Origin: Candidatus Woesearchaeota archaeon
Lineage (GTDB): Archaea; Nanobdellota; Nanobdellia; Woesearchaeales; 21-14-0-10-32-9
Reading direction: 5' to 3'
Length of the DNA stretch: 37,694 nucleotides
NCBI GenBank assembly: GCA_007131205.1
Contig: SLQZ01000062.1
Location: forward strand, 1-37,694
Of this stretch, positions 25,709-33,670 are shown piece by piece. Numbering within the stretch: the first letter of the stretch is position 1; the number at the start of each line of letters is the position of its first letter. Both the position numbers and the translations under genes were made by a program. The notes under the pieces are model-generated. The model was not told the origin of the DNA, made no database searches, and worked only from the letters and a program-made list of their open reading frames with translations.

Positions 25709-27219
25709 TTTGCCATCACCGGCTCAAAGCCATAATTTTTTAGCTTGCCTAACAATTCTTCTTCATCAACTGCGCGAGTAACCCTTGCCAGCAAAGCAAG
25801 GTTTTTTCTCAGCCCAATATTAGTTCCTTCTGGTGTTTCGCTCATGCAAAGCCTGCCCATGTGCGTTGGGTGCAATGCCCTAGCCTCAAAGTTCTCCTGG
25901 CTCGCGCTTAACGGGCTTATAACCCTTTGCAATGCGGAGAGCATCTGGATGTAGTTAAGCCTTTCAATCCTTTGGCTTATTCCTTTCCTGTTCCCACTCC
26001 AGTTTCCAGTGGCCATGCTACTATAAATCCTCTGGGTTAGCAGCTTCTCCCTAATTATAACTTTTATGCTTGGAAACTTGCCCCGCTTTACAATCCTTTG
26101 AAAGTTGTAAAGCAAGTCTCCTATCAATACTTTTATGTTAACCCTTAGCAAGTCTGCCAATAAATCCCCTGCCATCTTAAGCCTCTTATTAGCATAGTGA
26201 TCCTTATCAGCTTCAGGCAGTTCCTTATTGGAAACCCGTATGTATTCTTTTAAGTACTTGCAAAGGTTTTGCGCTTTAGCATTTCTGGCTTCGCTGGTTA
26301 TGCCGATATGAGGCAGTAAGTACTTGTCAAGTATTTCTTTTAGCCTTTCAATCCTTATTTCTTTTGACTGTGTAATGCCTATTTTTTTGGCAATGAAATC
26401 AAGAGCGTCATCCTCAGTTTTTATATCGACAAACTCGTAAAGGTTTATGAACACCTCTGAGCTGTTTGGCAGGTCGACGAACCTCATTATATCTTCATCT
26501 TTTGTTATTCCCAGCGCTTTTATTATTATCACAACAGGAATCCTTTTTACCCTTGTAAATGTCAAATAAAAAATTTCGTCCCTTAACTTCTCCATCTGGT
26601 GAGGTATCTTGTAAGAGCCTTGCTCAGAAAATATTTTTCCTATGTAATCACTGATGCCTGTAGCCTGGGATTCCACGAGGAATTTGTTAGGAGCCAGGTC
26701 TTCTACTGCAACAACAACTTTTTCGGTGCCGTTAATAATGAAGTAGCCGCCTGGGTCATCAGGATCTTCGCCTGCTTTAATGAGCTCTTCCCTATCCATC
26801 TTTTTCAAGTGGCAATACTTGCTCTTAAGCATTATTGGAATGCTTCCAATCTGCGTCGAAAAAGTTTCTTTCTGCATCCCATTAACATGGGCTGAAACCT
26901 CGAGGTACATAGGTGCTGAGTATGAAAGCTTTCTAAGCCTTGCCTCAGAAGGAAGCAAGTCCCTCTTAGAGCCATCAGCCTCTATTATCTCAGGCTTGGA
27001 AACAGTTATCTTATCAAGCCGAATCTTAAACTCCTCTACGTTAGTAGGAATTATTGTGGGCTCGACTTCTTTGTTCTCATAAATAATATTTTGAAGCTCC
27101 TCTTCAATGAACTTGTTGAACGCGTCTATATCTGACTGCACCAATGAGTTCTCCTCGAAATACTTTCTCAGAAGAGCCTTTGAATTAGTCATCTTAAGGT
27201 TTATCGGCTGGTTACTCAT
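25705..27219 (-). CDS. rpoB2: DNA-directed RNA polymerase subunit B'' (Rpo2N, N-terminal part of split RpoB)
   Basis: GGYFIINGTEKVVV, ETPEGTNIGL. ATG 27219 overlaps the rpoH stop. The track start at 27228 is a GTG. Confidence 0.9.
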   Translation of the reverse strand: MSNQPINLKMTNSKALLRKYFEENSLVQSDIDAFNKFIEEELQNIIYENKEVEPTIIPTNVEEFKIRLDKITVSKPEIIEADGSKRDLLPSEARLRKLSYSAPMYLEVSAHVNGMQKETFSTQIGSIPIMLKSKYCHLKKMDREELIKAGEDPDDPGGYFIINGTEKVVVAVEDLAPNKFLVESQATGISDYIGKIFSEQGSYKIPHQMEKLRDEIFYLTFTRVKRIPVVIIIKALGITKDEDIMRFVDLPNSSEVFINLYEFVDIKTEDDALDFIAKKIGITQSKEIRIERLKEILDKYLLPHIGITSEARNAKAQNLCKYLKEYIRVSNKELPEADKDHYANKRLKMAGDLLADLLRVNIKVLIGDLLYNFQRIVKRGKFPSIKVIIREKLLTQRIYSSMATGNWSGNRKGISQRIERLNYIQMLSALQRVISPLSASQENFEARALHPTHMGRLCMSETPEGTNIGLRKNLALLARVTRAVDEEELLGKLKNYGFEPVMAK

Positions 27220-27547
27220 TAATAACACCCCTGTAAAAAATGGATTCCCCTGCAGTCGGGCTTTTCCTTTTTATCATGATTACATCGTTTTCTTTTGCGT
27301 CCAAGTGCCTTATAGCGGGGTCGCTGATAAATATCTTTGGAAGCTCCTTTGGAGTAACGCTGTACTTCTTGTACAAATCATTTTTTTGTTTTTCAGATAG
27401 CTTTATGTGCTCAGGCAGCAAGCTATGGACAAGCTTTGAAGTATCTATAACTTTAGCCCTGCCCTTTTTCTTTTTTGTAACTTTCTTAACGGCTTTCCGA
27501 GAAGCAGCAGTTTTCTTTGTTTTCTGGGTTTTTTTTGCATTAGCCAT
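27212..27547 (-). CDS. rpoH: DNA-directed RNA polymerase subunit H (Rpo5) with Lys-rich N-terminal extension
   Basis: LPEHIKLSEKQKNDLYKKYSVTPKELPKIFISDPAIRHLDAKENDVIMIKRKSPTAGESIFYRGV. AGGAGGGG SD upstream. Confidence 0.85.
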   Translation of the reverse strand: MANAKKTQKTKKTAASRKAVKKVTKKKKGRAKVIDTSKLVHSLLPEHIKLSEKQKNDLYKKYSVTPKELPKIFISDPAIRHLDAKENDVIMIKRKSPTAGESIFYRGVINE

Positions 27548-27586
27548 TGGTTCCCCTCCTATTCGAGCGCGAAGTGATTATCTTGA

Positions 27587-27660
27587 TGGGTCGGACGAGA
27601 TTTGAACTCGCGACCACCTGGTTAAAAGCCAGATGCTCTACCTGGCTGAGCTACCGACCC
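27587..27660 (-). tRNA. tRNA-Lys (anticodon UUU), no intron, CCA not encoded
   Basis: Hand-folded: GGGTCGG/TA/GCTC-AGCCAGGTA-GAGC/A/TCTGG-CTTTTAA-CCAGG/TGGTC/GCGAG-TTCAAAT-CTCGT/CCGACCC/A. Confidence 0.9.
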
Positions 27661-27700
27661 GCCATCGGAATGCTCAGGCCGTATTTGGGTCTTTCTAAAA

Positions 27701-27775
27701 CGCCCTGGCCGGGATTCGAACCCGGGTCGAAGCCTCGACAGGGCTTCATGATAGGCCAGACTACACTACCAAGGC
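27701..27775 (-). tRNA. tRNA-Asp (anticodon GUC), no intron
   Basis: Hand-folded: GCCTTGG acceptor pairs with CCAGGGC. Anticodon arm AAGCC-CTGTCGA-GGCTT. T arm CCGGG-TTCGAAT-CCCGG. Confidence 0.85.
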
Positions 27776-27953
27776 ATTGCGAAGGGATAACTGGAAGGTT
27801 TTTCCTGATTGAACATTAAAGAAAAACTTTGCTTTCCCATTTTGCGAATAATACCCTAATGTGCACGGCGCTGAACATTCCACGGAGTTTTGGTGAAACT
27901 CGGTTGATTTATAAACCTTACGGTGGTGTTTCCTTGTTTTGAGAGCGGGTGAA

Positions 27954-28107
27954 TCCCTCGGGGGAGACTTTCAGCCAATCCAACCACTTGAAAATGGATT
28001 TGAACTCCCAACCTCTCGGTCTCAGCTGACCTTGTTTCATCCATACCCCTTCGGGCTAGTCACAAGGATTTCTACAGCCGAGCGCTCTACCGTTGAGCTA
28101 CCGAGGG
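27954..28107 (-). tRNA. tRNA-Tyr (anticodon GUA) with two introns (~51 nt at the canonical 37/38 site; ~31 nt between T-loop and 3' T-stem)
   Basis: Exons: CCCTCGG TA GCTC AACGGTA GAGC G CTCGG CTGTAG[51-nt intron]A CCGAG AGGTT GGGAG TTCAAAT [31-nt intron] CTCCC CCGAGGG A. The C1-G72 pair fits archaeal tRNA-Tyr identity. All stems pair once the two inserts are removed. Confidence 0.8.
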
Positions 28108-28135
28108 AAACCCGTAACAGCAGGATAAATAGCTG

Positions 28136-28146
28136 TTTTATAAAAG
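28136..28146 (-). promoter_or_regulatory. TATA box (TTTTATAAAA) about 30-35 nt upstream of the tRNA-Tyr 5' end
   Basis: Read directly. The spacing is appropriate for an archaeal promoter. Confidence 0.55.
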
Positions 28147-28174
28147 TTTCCATACAAAAAAAAATATTTGGGGC

Positions 28175-29629
28175 TTAATCCTTGACGAAGAAAGGCTTCG
28201 CCGAGAAAATAATTCTTTCCTTGCCTTTCTTACTCTCGAATTTGGCCCTTACCCTTGGCAGTGTAATATCACCGATTATCTTAAGCTTTGCCTTAGCCCT
28301 ATAAGTAAGAACTCTTTCCTCTAAGGAGTCAAGTGAGTCCAAGTTCCAGTAGAGCAATGTGCCTTTCCTTGTCGTCTTGGTCACTTTTGAAGGCTTTAAG
28401 GATCCTAGGTGATGGGGCTCTGATAATTCAATTATGCTTGGAAGCTTATCATTAACGGAGAGGCTCCGCACCTCGCTTCCCGACCTGTTCTTCACAAAAA
28501 TCTTGATTTTTACCTCTGAAACGCCATCTTCATCTTTGCCGATAACTGTTGCTTCTTTCAGTATTATTATAGGGCTTCTGAAAACGAAGTAAGCAGTAGT
28601 CGCCAGAAAAATTATGAGTATAAATATTACTAGAAGCCGGTAATTGGTTGTTACAGTAATAGTATAAGAGCCACCTGGAGGGAGGGATGGGCTCCACAAG
28701 TAATGCGCTTTTCCGTCAATCCTAACAACCTCTGCTTCAGGCGTTGTCTGCGTGAACATCCTCTTATACCAAGGTGCTGGCAGTTCTATATCGCTAACCC
28801 TTTCAAAATTCCCATTGTTAGTCATGGTTATGGTTTCCGTTGTAAGGAATAGCGAAGATACGGATTCATAATCAGTATCTACTTGTGTATAACTCTCAAT
28901 GCTTAATGTGGCGCGTGCTTCTGATGGATACCTTCCTGTTGGCGGGTGATACGCATTTACCAATAAGTCATAGTCGCCAGGGGCTTGCATATCATCGAAA
29001 TCAAAGTACATGTAAACCGTCCTTTCCTGCATTGGGTCAATAGATACTGTTCTCTGCTGGGTTTCGAATAGCTCGCTTGAGCTTGTAATAATTAATTCTG
29101 TTATATTCAGCTGGTTCCTGTTCCTGAGCCTTATCGGCAAAGTTAATTGGTCCCTTGGATCGTGGGATTCGGGTAAGTCAAGAACCATTTCAACGCTTGG
29201 CAGGAATCCTGCAGGAGCCCCGTCCTCTGTTATTATGACTGGAACGCTTATTGTTTCAGTAGTCCCATCATGCCTGCTTATGACTCTTATGCTTACAGAA
29301 TAAGAGCCTAGGGGAGTGCCTGACCTTTGGTTTAATGTTATGATAAAAGTTTCTTCTGAGTTACCTGGAACTCTTACCCTGGAGGGAGTTGTGGACACTA
29401 TCCAGTTAAGCGCGTCAGCAGTGGTTAGCCTTACCTCGAATACTTGCTCGAAATCCATTGGATTATCTATGGTTAAGCTGTATTCAGTGAAGCCTCCAGG
29501 CATAGTCCTCGAGGTTATTATTTCCCTTTCTGCCGTGAACGAGGCAGCGGCGTTTCCTATTATTAGCATCGAAAACAATAGTGTTAGAGCAAGCAGAGAA
29601 AATCGTTTAAGGTTATTTTTTCTAGTCAT
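28175..29629 (-). CDS. Predicted cell-surface/membrane protein with N-terminal signal peptide, CARDB/NEW3-like beta-sandwich repeats and one internal TM helix
   Basis: Signal-like N-terminus KRFSLLALTLLFSMLIIGNAAAS. Repeated beta-rich segments (YSLTIDN..FEVRL.., LTLPIRLRNRN..). TM helix LLVIFILIIFLATTAYFVF near aa 335-355, followed by another beta-rich ~125 aa. Confidence 0.5.
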   Translation of the reverse strand: MTRKNNLKRFSLLALTLLFSMLIIGNAAASFTAEREIITSRTMPGGFTEYSLTIDNPMDFEQVFEVRLTTADALNWIVSTTPSRVRVPGNSEETFIITLNQRSGTPLGSYSVSIRVISRHDGTTETISVPVIITEDGAPAGFLPSVEMVLDLPESHDPRDQLTLPIRLRNRNQLNITELIITSSSELFETQQRTVSIDPMQERTVYMYFDFDDMQAPGDYDLLVNAYHPPTGRYPSEARATLSIESYTQVDTDYESVSSLFLTTETITMTNNGNFERVSDIELPAPWYKRMFTQTTPEAEVVRIDGKAHYLWSPSLPPGGSYTITVTTNYRLLVIFILIIFLATTAYFVFRSPIIILKEATVIGKDEDGVSEVKIKIFVKNRSGSEVRSLSVNDKLPSIIELSEPHHLGSLKPSKVTKTTRKGTLLYWNLDSLDSLEERVLTYRAKAKLKIIGDITLPRVRAKFESKKGKERIIFSAKPFFVKD

Positions 29630-29801
29630 TAATGTTACCCTCCAGTTCTCAATACAATAATGTTATTTATATATTTTTCTGTTCAATGTTTGAGCGCTGG
29701 TGCGTATTTGCAATTATTGCTACCCAAAAAAAAAGTTGGTTGGCTAATACTGGAGGGATGATTAGTTAGTTTTTTAAACGGGTTGTTCTTTCTTTTTTTC
29801 C

Positions 29802-31565
29802 ATGATAGGCATTCGTTCACCCATAGTGTCCGTGCTAGGGCATGTGGATCATGGAAAGAGCAGCATACTCGATGCGATTAGAGGCAGCAATGTTGTTAGA
29901 GGAGAAGCAGGCGGGATCACTCAAGCCATAGGGGCAAGCATTATGCCTTACGACGTCATCTGGAGTAGGTGCGGCAGGCTTATAGAGAGGCTTAAGATGA
30001 AAATCACGATTCCTGGAATCCTGTTCATAGATACTCCTGGGCACGCGGCGTTCACAAGCCTTAGAAAGCGTGGGGGAAGCCTTGCAGATATCGCAATATT
30101 AGTCGTTGATATTAATGAAGGGTTCAAGCCGCAGACTGTAGAAGCATTGGAAATCCTTAAGAATACTAAAACGCCTTTTGTGGTTGCCGCGAATAAAATA
30201 GATTTAGTAGCAGGATTTACGCATGAGAATGAGAACTTCCTTGCGAATCTTGCAGGGCAAAGCGATTCTGTTAAGCAGGAGCTTGACAAAAAGGTGTATG
30301 AGCTTGTAGGAGAGATTTATAAGACGGCGGGGATTGAATCTGAAAGGTTTGACAGGGTTGGTGATTATACTAAGCAAGTGGCAATTGTCCCTTGCAGTGC
30401 TGTCAAGGGCATTGGGCTTAATGAATTGCTAATGGTTATAACTGGCTTATCACAAAGGTTTTTAGAGCAGAACCTTTTGCTGAACGTGGAAGGGCCTGCG
30501 AAAGGAGTTATTATTGAGGTTAAGGATGATAAGGGCCTTGGGAGGACTATTGATATTATTCTTTATGATGGCTCTTTGAGTGTAGGGGACCAAATTATTA
30601 TTGGCACGCTTGATGAGCCTGTTATTGCAAAAGTTAGGGCTTTGCTTATGCCGAGCCCGCTTAGGGATATGAGGGATAAGAACCCTGGGTTTACCAGCGT
30701 GAAATCAGTGTTGGCTGCGACAGGAGTAAAAATTTCCAGTCCTGAGATTAATGAGAAAATAATTCCTGGAATGCCTGTGTTTGGCTTTGATGAGAATTAT
30801 AAGGAAAGAATCTTGGAACTCGCAAAGTCTGAGGTGGAGGAATCATTGGTGAGTACGGATGGAGAAGGAGTTGTTATTAAGTCTGATACGCTTGGTGGGC
30901 TGGAGGCGCTTGCGAGCATGCTAAGAGAGAAGGGAATTAAGATACGCAAGGCGAGCGTTGGAAATATTACAAAGAAGGATATTGGGGAAGCTGAGAGCGT
31001 GTTTGATGAGAACCCTGTGGATGCAGCGATATTAGGGTTTAATATTAAGCAGGAAACATCTACGTATAAGGCGAAAATATTTGTTAAGGATGTTATCTAT
31101 ACCTTGGTAGAAGAATACGAGGAATGGAAGAAGAAAGCAGAGGAAGCTCTTGAGGCAAAGAAGCTGCATAATGCTATGAGGCCTGCAAAAATTGAGGTTC
31201 TTAAGAATTGTATTTTTCGGATGAGCAATCCGTGCATTGCAGGCATAGAGGTGCTTGAAGGCTTTGTGAGGAATGGGATGAAGTTGATGGATTTTCACGG
31301 GCACAGGGTTGGAGAGATTAAGAGCATGCAGTCCAGCAATGAGAATCTTAATGTTGCGGAAAAAGGAAGGCAGGTGGCTGCGAGCATGCCGGGAGTTACA
31401 GCGGGTAGGCAGGTTCATGAAGGTGAGGTTTATTTATCTGACTTGTCCGAGGATGAGTATAGGAAGCTTAAGGAGCTTGCGAAGCATTTATCGAAGCCTG
31501 AGATAGAATTGTTGAAGGAGATTGCTTTGATTAAGAGAAAGAATAACCCTGTTTGGGGTGTATGA
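29802..31565 (+). CDS. infB: Translation initiation factor aIF5B (IF2-like GTPase)
   Basis: RSPIVSVLGHVDHGKSSILD (G1), FIDTPGHAAF (G3), ANKIDL (G4), 587 aa. Confidence 0.95.
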   Translation: MIGIRSPIVSVLGHVDHGKSSILDAIRGSNVVRGEAGGITQAIGASIMPYDVIWSRCGRLIERLKMKITIPGILFIDTPGHAAFTSLRKRGGSLADIAILVVDINEGFKPQTVEALEILKNTKTPFVVAANKIDLVAGFTHENENFLANLAGQSDSVKQELDKKVYELVGEIYKTAGIESERFDRVGDYTKQVAIVPCSAVKGIGLNELLMVITGLSQRFLEQNLLLNVEGPAKGVIIEVKDDKGLGRTIDIILYDGSLSVGDQIIIGTLDEPVIAKVRALLMPSPLRDMRDKNPGFTSVKSVLAATGVKISSPEINEKIIPGMPVFGFDENYKERILELAKSEVEESLVSTDGEGVVIKSDTLGGLEALASMLREKGIKIRKASVGNITKKDIGEAESVFDENPVDAAILGFNIKQETSTYKAKIFVKDVIYTLVEEYEEWKKKAEEALEAKKLHNAMRPAKIEVLKNCIFRMSNPCIAGIEVLEGFVRNGMKLMDFHGHRVGEIKSMQSSNENLNVAEKGRQVAASMPGVTAGRQVHEGEVYLSDLSEDEYRKLKELAKHLSKPEIELLKEIALIKRKNNPVWGV

Positions 31566-32032
31566 GGATGATGCTTACTAAAACACTTGAGGTTCTTAAT
31601 ACGAGGCATGTTAAAGATATAATGAAAATGCTTGAAGGCCAGTTCGGAGTAACGGAGAAGCTTCAGCTTGGATTTCTAAGAAGCAATAAAGACAAGGTTT
31701 ATGTTATCAACAAGGACGTTGACAGGGTTGATATTAAGGATTTCAGGGTTGACAGCATTGGAATGTACTTCGGGGCTTATATGAAAGACGGTTTTCGATT
31801 GAGCATTGAAGGCAGCCAATTAGTCGGAAGGCTTGCAAAGAAAAACGTGTTGGAATTAATGGATGAAGAAAAGCATGAATGGATGAAAGGAAACGATATT
31901 GGTATAGAAAAGGAGGACGGGTTTTATATTGTGAAGTGGAAAGATGATTTTCTTGGATGCGGAAAACTAAAAAACAACAAGTTATTGAATAGCGTTCCGA
32001 AGCCAAGAAGGCTTATTGTGGTTAATGAATAA
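31562..32032 (+). CDS. NIP7-like/PUA-domain RNA-binding protein (UPF0113-like)
   Basis: ~156 aa. ATGA overlap with the infB stop. C-terminal G.YIVKWKDDFLGCGKLKNNKLLNSVPKPRRL resembles the PUA-domain ending of NIP7-type proteins. Confidence 0.45.
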   Translation: MRMMLTKTLEVLNTRHVKDIMKMLEGQFGVTEKLQLGFLRSNKDKVYVINKDVDRVDIKDFRVDSIGMYFGAYMKDGFRLSIEGSQLVGRLAKKNVLELMDEEKHEWMKGNDIGIEKEDGFYIVKWKDDFLGCGKLKNNKLLNSVPKPRRLIVVNE

Positions 32033-33268
32033 TTAATATATCCGGCTATCCCTTTTTATTGCGTTCATAGGCTCTAATACTTCCTCAAGTGTTTCTGCGA
32101 GTAGAAGGGAATGGTTCTTTAAATGGTCTTTTTTTCGCTGCTCATTCCTTCTCCTGATGTAATCAGTGTCATGCCTTAAGGCGCCGTTGTTCATAATTTC
32201 GTACATTTCGGGAGATTGTATTATTGTCTCGAAGCGCCCTTTTTCAACGTAGTGGTCTATCCATATTCCTGCTTTTAGGAATTCACGCTCTTCTTCGGTA
32301 GGAGGCCTTTTCCTGTTTCTTATGGCCTTATCCATTTTCTGCATTTCCTTTACCATGTTTCTTAATTGTTTTAAGGACATATCTTTTGTTAAGGGCCCTT
32401 TGTAGTCTACAATGAATGGCTTTTTTTCGCTTTCTTCGCTTAGCATGTTGGTTTCTTCAAGCGCAATGTATATGTCTTCTAACGAGACTATGTTTTGCAT
32501 GCCTTGGGTGTCATATGCGAGGTCTTTCCTTACCCCTGTGAACCAGTCCACTACTTTTTCTCGTTCCCTTTTAGATGCTTTAACTCTTGATATGAGAATA
32601 GCTTTAGGGGATTCATAGCTTGTTTCGTAGAATTTGAACATATTTTTTGCGTATAATAATTCTATAGTGTCATCTTCTTTCCAGTTCTTGAAATTTGGGA
32701 GGTATCTTCTTGGATTGCCTCTTATTATTTGCTGTATAGCTTTTTCGAGTAGGAAGCCTTCTGTTTCGGTTGTTTCTTCTCCAACTTCCCCTGTTGCATG
32801 ATTATGGGCTTTTACTTCTAGGAATGGCTTGTATTTGAATTCGTTATGCCTTTGCTCGAGTTGGCATATTCTTTTTTCCGTGTATTTTTTAAGGAATTCT
32901 TCATAGAATTGCAATGAATCATTATATTCTTTAACAAAATTATTAATTCTTTCATAGCTTATCCCTTTTTCAGCGCTGAACAGGTCGTTTATTACCCTGG
33001 CTTCGTACTCGTCTGATTTCCTCCTGAAAACTTCTAGAATTTCTTCCCTTTCGTTCTTGTGAAGCTTTATTTTTGGCTGTGGGCCTTTGGATTCTTCAAA
33101 TAATATTTTGTAGAGGTCTTTTAAGGGAAGTTTTTCGTAGTCTTTTTCTACTCTATTGGAAGAGCCTGCTGTTTTTTTGTGGCCTTTGAGCAGGTATTTG
33201 TATTCTTTTCTTATATCGTTTATTTTTTCCCTGAAGCTTAAGGCTTCTGTGTATAAATGGTCAAACAT
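32033..33268 (-). CDS. Hypothetical protein (411 aa, K/E-rich, probably largely helical), no recognisable domain
   Basis: Long uninterrupted ORF with no competing frame. No motif recognised. Confidence 0.5.
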   Translation of the reverse strand: MFDHLYTEALSFREKINDIRKEYKYLLKGHKKTAGSSNRVEKDYEKLPLKDLYKILFEESKGPQPKIKLHKNEREEILEVFRRKSDEYEARVINDLFSAEKGISYERINNFVKEYNDSLQFYEEFLKKYTEKRICQLEQRHNEFKYKPFLEVKAHNHATGEVGEETTETEGFLLEKAIQQIIRGNPRRYLPNFKNWKEDDTIELLYAKNMFKFYETSYESPKAILISRVKASKREREKVVDWFTGVRKDLAYDTQGMQNIVSLEDIYIALEETNMLSEESEKKPFIVDYKGPLTKDMSLKQLRNMVKEMQKMDKAIRNRKRPPTEEEREFLKAGIWIDHYVEKGRFETIIQSPEMYEIMNNGALRHDTDYIRRRNEQRKKDHLKNHSLLLAETLEEVLEPMNAIKRDSRIY

Positions 33269-33323
33269 ATATACAAATAATCAGAAGAAATATATAAATC
33301 TTGTGTTACTTAAAAGTAGTAAT

Positions 33324-33560
33324 TTAAAGGATGTCTTCTATAGGGGCTTTTCTCTTGGAGCCAGAGCCAGCATCCTTAGAAACCTCTTTAGCCTCTTTCT
33401 CAACATCAACACCAAGCTCTTTTAATGCACCGATATGCATCTGCATTAGCTGCTCCACAATACTAACAATCCTCGTCAATTCCTGGCGCTCCTTAGCCAG
33501 CGTTGAAAGAGAACCCTTATGAAAACCTATTTGCTCGTCCCTAGATTGCTTTTCCGCCAT
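33324..33560 (-). CDS. Small hypothetical coiled-coil-like protein (78 aa)
   Basis: ORF upstream of and co-oriented with the 411-aa gene. Heptad-like LAKERQELTRIVSIVEQLMQMHIGALKEL. AGGAGGT-like SD upstream. Confidence 0.4.
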   Translation of the reverse strand: MAEKQSRDEQIGFHKGSLSTLAKERQELTRIVSIVEQLMQMHIGALKELGVDVEKEAKEVSKDAGSGSKRKAPIEDIL

Positions 33561-33670
33561 AAAAAATACCTCCTTTTAGCTACTAAAAGAATTGAAAGGA
33601 CTAATATTATTTAAACTTATTGCCTTGAAAACAGCAAGAAATATAAAAAAGCAGGTAATATTCATAAATA

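Noticed and set aside
23903-27228. RpoB encoded as two ORFs, and RpoA as two ORFs: possible frameshift or pseudogene?
   Set aside because: Split B''/B' with an ATGA overlap and split A'/A'' are the normal gene structure in many Euryarchaeota and DPANN lineages. Both halves are intact with conserved motifs.
27547-28178. Track ORFs 27547..27819 (+), 27856..28044 (-) and 27939..28178 (+)
   Set aside because: They run across the tRNA-Lys, tRNA-Asp and tRNA-Tyr genes. The region is explained by RNA genes, not by coding sequence.
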